Shown: piece after piece, positions 18,923 through 26,749 of the stretch
Position numbering within the stretch: the first letter of the stretch is position 1
How the letters are laid out: each line of letters begins with the position of its first letter
Assembly (NCBI GenBank): GCA_964567575.1
Contig: CAZMMZ010000009.1
Coordinates: 1-49,384 of the forward strand
Length of the DNA stretch: 49,384 nucleotides
Direction: 5' to 3'
Origin: Candidatus Undinarchaeota archaeon
GTDB taxonomy: Archaea; Undinarchaeota; Undinarchaeia; Undinarchaeales; UBA543
Notes under the pieces: model-generated
Told to the model about the DNA's origin: nothing
Databases searched by the model: none
What the model saw: the letters and a program-made list of their open reading frames with translations, nothing else
Translations under genes and position numbers: made by a program

Positions 18923-20158
18923 ATGAAATATGCAAACCAAAGTCATTACATTGATTTAAAATTTAACCCAGATCCAGACAATTATCTGGTTGCTGATTTT
19001 TACATGGATTGCGAGCAGAGCAAAATGTGCGCTGCAGGTCTTGCTGCAGAATCCTCAACAGGCACATGGACAAAACTTCATCACCATCAGAAATCTTTCA
19101 AAGATCTTGGTGCAAAAGTTTTCAAACTGCGTGGCAATCAAGTCAAAGTTGCATATCCTCTTGATCTTTTCGAAGCTGGTAGTGTTCCACAATTCCTCAG
19201 CGACGTTGCAGGAAATATTTTCGGAATGAAGATTGTGAAAAATCTTCGTCTTAATGATTTTACAATTCCAAAACAATATGCACAAGGTTTCAAAGGCCCT
19301 GCCTTTGGAATGGAAGGCGTTCGAAAGATTGTTGGCACTACTAAAACCAGAAGGCCGCACACTGGTACAATTGTCAAACCCAAAGTTGGTTTGAATCCAA
19401 AACAAACTGCGCAAGTTGCGTACGAAGCATGGGCAGGTGGATTGGATTTTGTAAAAGATGATGAGAATTTAACAGATCAAAAATTCTGTCCATTTGAAAC
19501 TCGTGTTCTCAAAGTTTTAGAAGCTCGTGATAAAGCACAAAGTGAAACTGGTGAGAAAAAAGTCTATGCTCCAAATATCACTGGAGTTGATATGGTGAAA
19601 CGTGCTCAATTTGTTAAAGATCATGGTGGAAAATGCATAATGATTGATATTCTCACAGTTGGTTACGGAGCATTGCAAACAATTCGCAATATGGATTGGG
19701 GGATGTTCATCCACGCGCATAGAGCAATGCACGCTGCAATAACCAGAAACAAGAAGCACGGTATCTCTATGCTGGCTCTTGCAAAACTCGCACGTCTTTC
19801 TGGAGTTGATCAATTGCATATGGGAACAGTCGTTGGGAAAATGGAAGGTCCTGCAAAAGAAATTCAAGAAATAAACACAGCACTTAATGAACCACTTCAC
19901 GGAATCAAACCAGTTTTCTCTGTTTGTTCAGGTGGAATTCATCCAGGACACATTCCTGCATTAATGCGATTATTCGGAAAAGATATTGTTGTACAAGCTG
20001 GTGGGGGAGTTCACGGACATCCAGGTGGTACGCGCGTTGGTGGAACCGCTATGCGTCAAGCAGTTGATGCAATAATGAAAAAGAAAACCCTTAAAGAATA
20101 TGCAAAGAACCACATTGAACTTGATACAGCAATTGGACAGTGGGGAGTGGTTAGATAA
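18923..20158 (+). CDS. rbcL: RuBisCO large subunit, form III-type
   Basis: AAESSTGTW, TIVKPKVG, GGLDFVKDDEN (carbamylated Lys motif), HAHRAMH, GKMEG, SGG and QAGGGVHGHP are all intact; 411 aa. Confidence 0.95.
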   Translation: MKYANQSHYIDLKFNPDPDNYLVADFYMDCEQSKMCAAGLAAESSTGTWTKLHHHQKSFKDLGAKVFKLRGNQVKVAYPLDLFEAGSVPQFLSDVAGNIFGMKIVKNLRLNDFTIPKQYAQGFKGPAFGMEGVRKIVGTTKTRRPHTGTIVKPKVGLNPKQTAQVAYEAWAGGLDFVKDDENLTDQKFCPFETRVLKVLEARDKAQSETGEKKVYAPNITGVDMVKRAQFVKDHGGKCIMIDILTVGYGALQTIRNMDWGMFIHAHRAMHAAITRNKKHGISMLALAKLARLSGVDQLHMGTVVGKMEGPAKEIQEINTALNEPLHGIKPVFSVCSGGIHPGHIPALMRLFGKDIVVQAGGGVHGHPGGTRVGGTAMRQAVDAIMKKKTLKEYAKNHIELDTAIGQWGVVR

Positions 20159-20192
20159 ACCTTTAAATACCTCAATCTCATAACTCATAATC

Positions 20193-20507
20193 ATGGCAAC
20201 AAAAGGTTCTAAAAGAGCTCCAATCAAGATCGTTGTACTTGACGTTCTAAAGCCGCACAATCCAAGCATTGTTGAATTCGGCAAGCTTGTGTGCAAACAC
20301 CCATCTGTTCTTAGTGTGAATAACAGTGTATATGCTGTTGACACAAAAACAGAATCTATAAAAATGACTTTGGAAGGAAGAGACATAAACTTTGAGGCAG
20401 TTAAGAAAATCATAACTGAAAATGGAGCTGCTATTCATAGTGTTGATCGCGTTGTTCTTGGTAAAGAAGATATCATTTCACTTGGTGAAGGTATATCTAA
20501 CAAGTAG
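20193..20507 (+). CDS. DUF211 family protein
   Basis: VVLDVLKPH.P, GAAIHSVDRVV.G motifs. Confidence 0.85.
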   Translation: MATKGSKRAPIKIVVLDVLKPHNPSIVEFGKLVCKHPSVLSVNNSVYAVDTKTESIKMTLEGRDINFEAVKKIITENGAAIHSVDRVVLGKEDIISLGEGISNK

Positions 20508-20513
20508 GTAAAA

Positions 20514-21086
20514 ATGGGATTTGTAAAACGTATTCTTGGGAATGAAATAGTCCGTCGTTATGTTATAATGAATTCATTTGACGGAGCCTTAACAATGCTC
20601 GGTATAATTCTTGCTAATTTCTTTGCAGGAACTAATAATGTACAACTTGTTATTCTCCCAAGCGTCGGTGCTGCAATTGCATTGTGTATTTCTGGAATCT
20701 GGGGTGCGTATACTGCAGAATTCGCTGAAGTGAAACGATCAATCAAAGAATTAGAGAATCATATGCTGCGTAAAATGCATAATACTCATTATGCGCAGAA
20801 AGAACGAATTATGGCCTATACAATATCTGTTGTGAACGGTCTTGTACCTCTGTTCGTTGCCTTCATACTTATAACTCCGTTCTTTTTTGTGAAATTTAAT
20901 ATTCTCACAATAAAACTCGGGTATTATACCTCACTTACAGCTGTAAGTGTGGCTCTTTTTGGTTTCGGAATGTTTGCAGGCAAGACTGCAAAGGAGAATC
21001 TATACATACATGGTGTGAAAATGCTGTTTGCAGGTATTATTATTGGTGTTATTTTCTACTTATTAACACTTGTTGGAGTAATTTAA
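20514..21086 (+). CDS. VIT1/CCC1-like membrane protein (TIGR00267 type)
   Basis: RRYVIMNSFDG.LT.LG, SGIWGAY.AE.AE; usual partner of DUF211. Confidence 0.85.
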   Translation: MGFVKRILGNEIVRRYVIMNSFDGALTMLGIILANFFAGTNNVQLVILPSVGAAIALCISGIWGAYTAEFAEVKRSIKELENHMLRKMHNTHYAQKERIMAYTISVVNGLVPLFVAFILITPFFFVKFNILTIKLGYYTSLTAVSVALFGFGMFAGKTAKENLYIHGVKMLFAGIIIGVIFYLLTLVGVI

Positions 21087-21147
21087 GCTTTTGTTAACCT
21101 TTAAATACTTCTGTAACCTATAGATTTGAAGGGGAGAATGAATATTA

Positions 21148-21996
21148 ATGAAACATATTATTCGTAAAATTAGAGGATTATTTAGCGGTCTCTTTGGTGG
21201 AAAGAGACAAATCAAGCTTGGAATATACGGTGAACCAAACACTGGTAAAACAACACTTGCTAATAAAATATCTATGGACTGGCTCGGAGAGCCTGTTGGT
21301 ATCGCTTCAGAAATGCCACATACTACACGTATGATCCAGAAGAAAGAAAAAGTTGAGGTTAAAGTCGGTAACAAAACTCTTTCAATGAATCTTCTTGACA
21401 TGCCTGGTCTGGCAACGCAAGTCGATTATAAACAATTTTTGAAATTTAAACGTCTTCCTTCTGAACCGTCAACTTCAATTTCTTTTTCTGATATTTCTCT
21501 TGCTGCTCTTAAAAAAATAGCAAAAAGCAAACAACTTTCTTACACAACCAAAACAAAGAAGCCAGCGCTTCTTAAAAAAGTCAAAGTAGTTGTTAAAGAA
21601 TCTGAACTCTCTGGACTTGCAAAGGAACTTAAATTTAAAGTCAAAAAGAAAAAGAAATCCAAGAGCAAATATTCAAAAAATGAAGCGAAAACTCTTGCTG
21701 AAGAAGCCACTAAAGCAATTATCGAAGCAATAAAATGGCTTGATAATGTTGACAATGTTATAGTCATGATGGATTCTACAAAAGATCCGTTAACTCAAGT
21801 TAACATCATGCTTTTGGGAAACCTGGAAGCAAAGGGCATTCCTGTAGTAATTTGCGCCAATAAAACTGACCTGCCTACTGCGAATCCATCTGGAATTCGA
21901 GATGCATTTCCACAGCATCCCGTTGTAGAAATTTCAGCTCTAAAAGGGATAAATCTTGATGAGCTCTACAACACTATTGCAAAGCAGGCGGTGTAA
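21148..21996 (+). CDS. arvA: Small GTPase ArvA/OapA with internal insertion
   Basis: N-terminal amphipathic helix, GEPNTGKTT, PHTTR, DMPG, EAIKWLD, NKTD, SAL; followed by DUF2073 and Zn-ribbon genes. Confidence 0.85.
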   Translation: MKHIIRKIRGLFSGLFGGKRQIKLGIYGEPNTGKTTLANKISMDWLGEPVGIASEMPHTTRMIQKKEKVEVKVGNKTLSMNLLDMPGLATQVDYKQFLKFKRLPSEPSTSISFSDISLAALKKIAKSKQLSYTTKTKKPALLKKVKVVVKESELSGLAKELKFKVKKKKKSKSKYSKNEAKTLAEEATKAIIEAIKWLDNVDNVIVMMDSTKDPLTQVNIMLLGNLEAKGIPVVICANKTDLPTANPSGIRDAFPQHPVVEISALKGINLDELYNTIAKQAV

Positions 21997-21998
21997 AA

Positions 21999-22427
21999 AT
22001 GGCAGCAAAAAAATCAAAAAAACAAATTAAAACAAAGACAAGGAAATCAAGAAGTGGCGGACTTGATATGGATTTCATATCTATGAAGACGCTTTCATCT
22101 TTGTCTGTAGAAAAAAGGATAAACACTATTCTTAGTAAAGTAAAAGAAGGTCACATGGTTGTTCTTGACCAAGCTCTTGATGCTGATGAAGAAGCAAAAC
22201 TCGTAACAGCAACAATGAAAGGAATTAAAGGTGAATTCACTGGTATTGAATTCTGCACTCTCCCTTCAACAAATAATACACTTTACAATTTTTTTGCTAA
22301 AATCGCGGAGATAGTATTAAAGAAAGATGTTGCAAAGCCCGGTCTTACTTTCGTCGGTCCTTCATATCTTATTGAAAAAATAAAAAAAGATCCTAATGCG
22401 TTCTACGTATCAACTAAGGGGAAATAG
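21999..22427 (+). CDS. arvB: DUF2073 family protein (ArvB/OapB)
   Basis: IL..VKEG..VVL...L..DEEAKLV..TM, F.GIE, GLTFVGP. Confidence 0.85.
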   Translation: MAAKKSKKQIKTKTRKSRSGGLDMDFISMKTLSSLSVEKRINTILSKVKEGHMVVLDQALDADEEAKLVTATMKGIKGEFTGIEFCTLPSTNNTLYNFFAKIAEIVLKKDVAKPGLTFVGPSYLIEKIKKDPNAFYVSTKGK

Positions 22428-22429
22428 TA

Positions 22430-22891
22430 ATGCACCAGTGTTTAAAATGTAAAAAATATTTTGAGGATGATGAAGTACCTATCTTAGATGGTTGTGAATG
22501 TGGAGCTCGTATCTTTTTGTTTGTTAAACAACCCGAGGATGTGAATCGTGCAGAGAAAATGTATTCTCAAATCGAATCAAAAATTAAAGAACTTGAACAA
22601 GAACAAGTTGAAATTGAGAAGGAAGAAGGACAGCAAGAACTTACAACACCGCCAGAAGAGTATGAAAAAGAAAAGCCAAACAAATACACTGCTGCGCGTA
22701 CTGCTGTTAAAACAGAAAAATCAAAATTCGGAATCGAAACAATTCGTGTAAATGATATGGGTGTATACGAAATAAACATTGACGCTCTTATGAAGGGAAA
22801 ACCTGTAGTAGTATTGTCAAAAGGCGGATCTTACATTATAAGTTTGCCGTCCGTATTTGGAAAAGAAAGCGGGGTTATGATAACAGAGTAA
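22430..22891 (+). CDS. arvC: Zn-ribbon protein (ArvC/OapC)
   Basis: HQCLKC..F......IL.GC.ECG...F; IETIRV...G.YEIN...L, G.Y.I.L. Confidence 0.85.
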   Translation: MHQCLKCKKYFEDDEVPILDGCECGARIFLFVKQPEDVNRAEKMYSQIESKIKELEQEQVEIEKEEGQQELTTPPEEYEKEKPNKYTAARTAVKTEKSKFGIETIRVNDMGVYEINIDALMKGKPVVVLSKGGSYIISLPSVFGKESGVMITE

Positions 22892-23388
22892 TGGAATTAG
22901 TTGTACCAACAAAAAAAGAGTTTATACTGCTTTTAGAAAAATTTGAAAAAGATGGTAAACATTTACATAATGGTTTATGGACTGAGAAAGTTGTTTTAAT
23001 TGATCAACATTCTACGTTTATGCGACTTCAGCATACGCCACTTAGTGAAAGCACACATCTCCTTCTTGAAAGTCAAATAAGTTATCCAATGGTTCTAACT
23101 GCGGAGACTCCAAAAGATTATTTAACTCTTGATATTAAAATCACAAAGACGAGAGACGGTTTTTTTGTTATTGGTTTTGAACCAACACCGATGCGGCCGG
23201 TCAAAGATTTTCTTATACGTGAATATGAAGTACATCTACAAACTTTTGTTGATAATATTCGAAAAGTTCTTGGTGCCAAAGTTCCTGTGAAGAAAAAACG
23301 AAAGAAATCAAGCACAAAGAAGAAAGTAGTAAAGAAAAAAGTGTTTGAGAAAAAAGCTAAAGTTGGTTCTTACAGAAAAAGGTATTGA
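22891..23388 (+). CDS. Hypothetical protein with Lys-rich C-terminus
   Basis: TAATG coupling to arvC; 165 aa. Confidence 0.6.
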   Translation: MELVVPTKKEFILLLEKFEKDGKHLHNGLWTEKVVLIDQHSTFMRLQHTPLSESTHLLLESQISYPMVLTAETPKDYLTLDIKITKTRDGFFVIGFEPTPMRPVKDFLIREYEVHLQTFVDNIRKVLGAKVPVKKKRKKSSTKKKVVKKKVFEKKAKVGSYRKRY

Positions 23389-23437
23389 GTTTGAAATTAG
23401 GTACTGCTTATTGTTTAAATTAAAGTTATATGTTAAT

Positions 23438-23586
23438 GAGTGCCCAAGCGGCAAAGGACACGAGTGCCCTGAGGGAGGTGGGAGAATGGCATTTTAGAAC
23501 ATAGAGTTCTTTATGCCGCTTCAGGCAATTTATGTTTTTATTGAAGCAAGGTACGACCGCGGTTGCTTTTACCCAACCGCGACGCA
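23438..23586 (+). ncRNA. Candidate structured non-coding RNA, family unassigned
   Basis: GC-rich intergenic tract after a TTTAAAT box (23414-23420). AAGCGGCA (23446-53) pairs with TGCCGCTT (23514-21); terminal hairpin CGCGGTTG/CAACCGCG precedes a T-rich tract. Confidence 0.4.
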
Positions 23587-23600
23587 TATTTTTTATTTTA
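23558..23600. terminator. 8-bp perfect hairpin with T-rich tract between convergent units
   Basis: CGCGGTTG (23558-65) and CAACCGCG (23574-81), then ATATTTTTTATTTT. Confidence 0.45.
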
Positions 23601-24269
23601 TTTTCGTTTTCGTGTAGTCTCAGCTTTGCGAATTTCCTTGTCTACATCAAGTAAATATCTTTTACTAATGCTTCCTACTGTCTCTTTTGCACCAAGACCA
23701 ACTGCAATAGCGCCGCCGAGGCCGGCTGCTCCAACTATGATCAACAGAACACTGTTGACAAGTGTCGCGTTTATGCCGACGTTAGGCAATGCAAGTGCAA
23801 TGGCAAGGTACAGGATAAAGAAGAAAAACACCTTACTTGATATACCGGAGTATGCAACTTCTGATTCTCTGACCAGTCCCTCTATGTACCTAGCAAGCGC
23901 ATAACCAACCCCAACAATGAGGATAGCTTGTATCACACCAGGCAAGAAACTAATAATTTCACCTAAAAAGGTTGAAATAATTGGTATCGCCAATGTGGAT
24001 GCCGCTTGTTGAAGGAACACAAGGTAAATGACCCATTTAAGTATCACTGCAAATATGTGACTTAATTTAATCTCTGTCTTTTTGGATCTGACGTACTGGT
24101 CAACCCTTGCTTTTAGCAATATTTCCTCTATTGCAGCTCCAATAAGCTTACCAACAACAAAACCTACAATCATTATTATGATTGCAGCCACTGCTTTTGG
24201 TACAAGCGAAATTGTTGCTTGCGCCAGGGGGGCCATTGCATAATACAGGGACTGAGCGAATCCAGCCAT
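23598..24269 (-). CDS. Conserved TM-helix repeat membrane protein (CmpX / MscS-associated TM_helix type)
   Basis: Two repeats of 'P..i.AiiI..vG..v', with the ALAIAVGLG-like ending AIAVGLGAKE. Confidence 0.75.
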   Translation of the reverse strand: MAGFAQSLYYAMAPLAQATISLVPKAVAAIIIMIVGFVVGKLIGAAIEEILLKARVDQYVRSKKTEIKLSHIFAVILKWVIYLVFLQQAASTLAIPIISTFLGEIISFLPGVIQAILIVGVGYALARYIEGLVRESEVAYSGISSKVFFFFILYLAIALALPNVGINATLVNSVLLIIVGAAGLGGAIAVGLGAKETVGSISKRYLLDVDKEIRKAETTRKRK

Positions 24270-24275
24270 TTTTAC

Positions 24276-24479
24276 TTACCTCCTCCAATAATGAACCTTT
24301 ACAGGTCCAATTTCTTTAACACCAACTTTTCCCGCTCCAACAAGCATACCTAAAATTCCGTTAGTCCGGTATCTAGATATGTTGAACTGCTTAGCTACAT
24401 CTTGAATTGAGACTTGCTCTTCTGTGTGGATATATTCTTCCACCTGTTTAACGAGGTCTGTTGATGTTTCATTTGACAT
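24276..24479 (-). CDS. Small winged-helix DNA-binding protein
   Basis: 67 aa from ATG 24479: VSIQDVAKQFNISRYRTNGILGMLVGAGKV plus a beta-wing KEIGPVKVHY. Confidence 0.75.
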   Translation of the reverse strand: MSNETSTDLVKQVEEYIHTEEQVSIQDVAKQFNISRYRTNGILGMLVGAGKVGVKEIGPVKVHYWRR

Positions 24480-24504
24480 TTCGTCACTTCTCCATAACAC
24501 CTTT

Positions 24505-24612
24505 GTATATATAAATGTAACTGTTTTGTTACACCTACACATTGTGTGGTGTTACTTATTTGTAACATATATATGACAGGTATATAAACCTTTCTGTAAC
24601 ACATCTGTTACA
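24505..24612. promoter_or_regulatory. Minus-strand TATA boxes with three 18-bp palindromic operator-like sites
   Basis: TGTAAC-N6-GTTACA at 24516-33 and 24595-612; TGTTAC-N6-GTAACA at 24550-67; TTTATATA (minus) near 24515 and 24588. Confidence 0.6.
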
Positions 24613-24676
24613 AAGCTGTAAAAGTGATAGCTACCGCTTAAGAATTAAATTTGTTAGTGGGTTATTACCCCACTAA

Positions 24677-25108
24677 TTATCGAACGATTTCGTTCTCGTT
24701 AAAGAAAATAGGGATTTCACGTTCTGCACTCTCAGGAGAATCAGAAGCATGTATCATATTCTTTGGGAGCTCTTGATCTTTTGCAAGATCGCCTCGAATA
24801 GTTCCTGGCTCAGCATTTGCTGGGTTTGTAGCGCCAATAACTTCTCGAAGTTTTGCAATTGCATTTTCACGTTGAAGAACCATTACAAAAGCAGGGCCCT
24901 CCATAGCGAAATCAACAAGACCTTGGTAAAATTCTTTTTCGTTGTGTTCTTTGTAAAGCTCTGCAGCTTGCTCTTCTTTTATATTAATGAGTTTTCCAGC
25001 TGTTAAGACAAATCCTTGGGTTTCAAGTCTTTTCAAAATCTCGCCAATGAGATTTTTTCCAGTTCCGTCCGGTTTAATTATGGAAAAAGTTTTTTGAATT
25101 TCTTCCAT
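24677..25108 (-). CDS. ndk: Nucleoside diphosphate kinase
   Basis: TFSIIKPDG, GATNP..AEPGTIRGD, NMIHASDS. Confidence 0.97.
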   Translation of the reverse strand: MEEIQKTFSIIKPDGTGKNLIGEILKRLETQGFVLTAGKLINIKEEQAAELYKEHNEKEFYQGLVDFAMEGPAFVMVLQRENAIAKLREVIGATNPANAEPGTIRGDLAKDQELPKNMIHASDSPESAEREIPIFFNENEIVR

Positions 25109-25401
25109 TACTTTTCACCGTCTTTGAATGTAGGAGTCTTTTTAGTTCCTTTATCTTTATCTTGTTCAGCTTTCTTCTCAGCTTCTGCTTGAGCTTCTTT
25201 TATTTCTTCTGCTTTTGTGATTTTACCTTTGAACTTTCTGTAGGTTTTTGTCCAGCGTGTTTTCAAAGGACTTCTTCCTAGTTTCTGATTTTTTTCGCAT
25301 TTGTTTGAACAGAACCAGTGAAGTGACCCATCTCGCTTTACAAGGAATTTTCCTCGTCCGCGTTCAATTGTTTCACCACAAAAGATACATTTTTCAGCCA
25401 T
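25108..25401 (-). CDS. rpl24e: 50S ribosomal protein L24e
   Basis: CIFCG..I..G.G...V..DG....FCSNKC, WT; charged tail. Confidence 0.96.
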   Translation of the reverse strand: MAEKCIFCGETIERGRGKFLVKRDGSLHWFCSNKCEKNQKLGRSPLKTRWTKTYRKFKGKITKAEEIKEAQAEAEKKAEQDKDKGTKKTPTFKDGEK

Positions 25402-25402
25402 T

Positions 25403-25681
25403 TTACACCTGTCTTATTTCTGCAGCTTCAACAGCAGTTTGCTTAAGCATTAAAATATCTCCAATTCTAATTGGACCTTTTATGTTTCTTCGCATAACAC
25501 GACCTTGTTCTCTTCCTTCAAGAAGTTCACAACGTATTTGTGTTATTTCTCCAGTTGCTCCAGTTCTTCGAATAATTTCAATAACTTTTGCCGGAGTTGA
25601 AGTATGCTTTGCTACTACTGCTTTAGGTTCATCTTTAGATGATCCAGTTGCTTCCTTTAGATTTTGTTTTGTCTTGGCCAT
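25403..25681 (-). CDS. rps28e: 30S ribosomal protein S28e with N-terminal extension
   Basis: [37 protein letters not shown]. Confidence 0.96.
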   Translation of the reverse strand: MAKTKQNLKEATGSSKDEPKAVVAKHTSTPAKVIEIIRRTGATGEITQIRCELLEGREQGRVMRRNIKGPIRIGDILMLKQTAVEAAEIRQV

Positions 25682-25705
25682 TTTATTAATTTTTAACTGT
25701 TAAGT

Positions 25706-26209
25706 TTAGGCCTTCTCTTCTTTCTTTTCTTTTTTGTCTTCAGCAGGAGCGTCTTCTTTTTTGTCTTCTTTCTTCTCAGCTTTTGGTTCTTCTTTTTTCT
25801 CAGGTTTTGATTCAGCTTTCTCAGCTTTTGGTTCTTCCTTTTTCTCTTCTTTCTTTGCTGGTTTTGAGTCTCCGCCTTTTACAAGTTCTTCAAGAATCTT
25901 TTTTGCTTCGCCTGCTTCAACAACAGCAACAGCGGTTGTTGGTACAGAAAGACCTGCAGCTTTTCCAAGTTCTTCTTTCTTAGGAACAGTGATGTAACTA
26001 ATTCCTTTTTCTTCGCAAAGACCTGGAATATGAGCTAGAATTTCTCTTGGGCTTGTGTCTTCCGCCATAGCGACAAGAACAGCCTGCTTTCGCTCAATAG
26101 CCTTTGTTGCTTCATTCGCGCCTTTTCGGATCTTTCCAGAGTCCTTAGCGCGGCTTATTACTTCATAAGCCTGGTTAGACTTATCTTTTGAAATTTCATG
26201 TTTTGCCAT
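25706..26209 (-). CDS. rpl7ae: 50S ribosomal protein L7Ae with K/E-rich C-terminal extension
   Basis: GKIRKGANEATKAIER, AED..P.EI..H.P.LC.EK, LGKAAG. Confidence 0.97.
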   Translation of the reverse strand: MAKHEISKDKSNQAYEVISRAKDSGKIRKGANEATKAIERKQAVLVAMAEDTSPREILAHIPGLCEEKGISYITVPKKEELGKAAGLSVPTTAVAVVEAGEAKKILEELVKGGDSKPAKKEEKKEEPKAEKAESKPEKKEEPKAEKKEDKKEDAPAEDKKEKKEEKA

Positions 26210-26230
26210 TTTAATTTACCTCTCAACTAA

Positions 26231-26263
26231 CCCCTTAAGGGGATCATTGTCTCATCAAGATCC
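26231..26263 (-). promoter_or_regulatory. C/D-like kink-turn/K-loop and CCCC-TTAA-GGGG hairpin in the rpl7ae leader
   Basis: Minus strand reads GGA-TCTT-GATGA-GACA-ATGA-TCC then CCTTAAGGGG; lies between TATA 26312-26305 and SD GAGGT 26222-26218. Confidence 0.45.
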
Positions 26264-26388
26264 ATAAATAGAATCTTTGAGTTAATCTAGGATAAAATTA
26301 AGCATATATAAATGTTGCGTGTGCGTGTTTAACCAAAACATATTTATAAGCCACATATTATACAAAGTGCCTGAGGGTTGAGAATATA

Positions 26389-26748
26389 ATGAGACGATCA
26401 AGAGGATTTAGATCCAGAACTAGACAAAAATTGAAAGGCGGACGCTTTTCCATAGCCGAAGCACTACAAACCTTTGCTATTGGAGCACGCGTAAGACTTC
26501 ATCTCAATCCAGCTGTACATTCAGGTATGCCGCATCCCCGCTACCAAGGTAGATTAGGGGAAGTTCTTGAATCCCGTGGACGTTCTTTTGTTGTTGGGGT
26601 CAAAGATGGTAGCTTATTGAAGCAATTCACTTGCCGACCAGAGCATTTAAAACCTGAAAAAACACAAAAGAAATCAGCTCCAGCTAAAAAAGTTGAAGCA
26701 AAAACTCCTGTTAAAAAAGCTGTAAAAGCTGTAAAAAAAGAAGAGTAA
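26389..26748 (+). CDS. rpl21e: 50S ribosomal protein L21e
   Basis: RSRGFRSRTR, GMPHPRYQG..G, RPEHLK; K/A-rich tail. Confidence 0.96.
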   Translation: MRRSRGFRSRTRQKLKGGRFSIAEALQTFAIGARVRLHLNPAVHSGMPHPRYQGRLGEVLESRGRSFVVGVKDGSLLKQFTCRPEHLKPEKTQKKSAPAKKVEAKTPVKKAVKAVKKEE

Positions 26749-26749
26749 G

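Noticed and set aside
23431-23470. tRNA or split-tRNA 5' half (GTGCCCAAGCGGCAAAGG resembles a Leu/Ser D-arm)
   Set aside because: No GC-rich acceptor strand, no anticodon arm and no T-loop (GTTCRA) downstream.
24505-24612. Mini-CRISPR array
   Set aside because: The repeats are 6-bp half-sites in mixed orientation with no 24-47 nt direct repeats, and there are no cas genes.
21086-24677. Replication origin near oapABC, with the TGTAAC repeats as ORBs
   Set aside because: No cdc6/orc1 gene and no GTTCCAGTGGAAAC/G-string ORB consensus; the palindromes sit at a promoter and fit an operator better.
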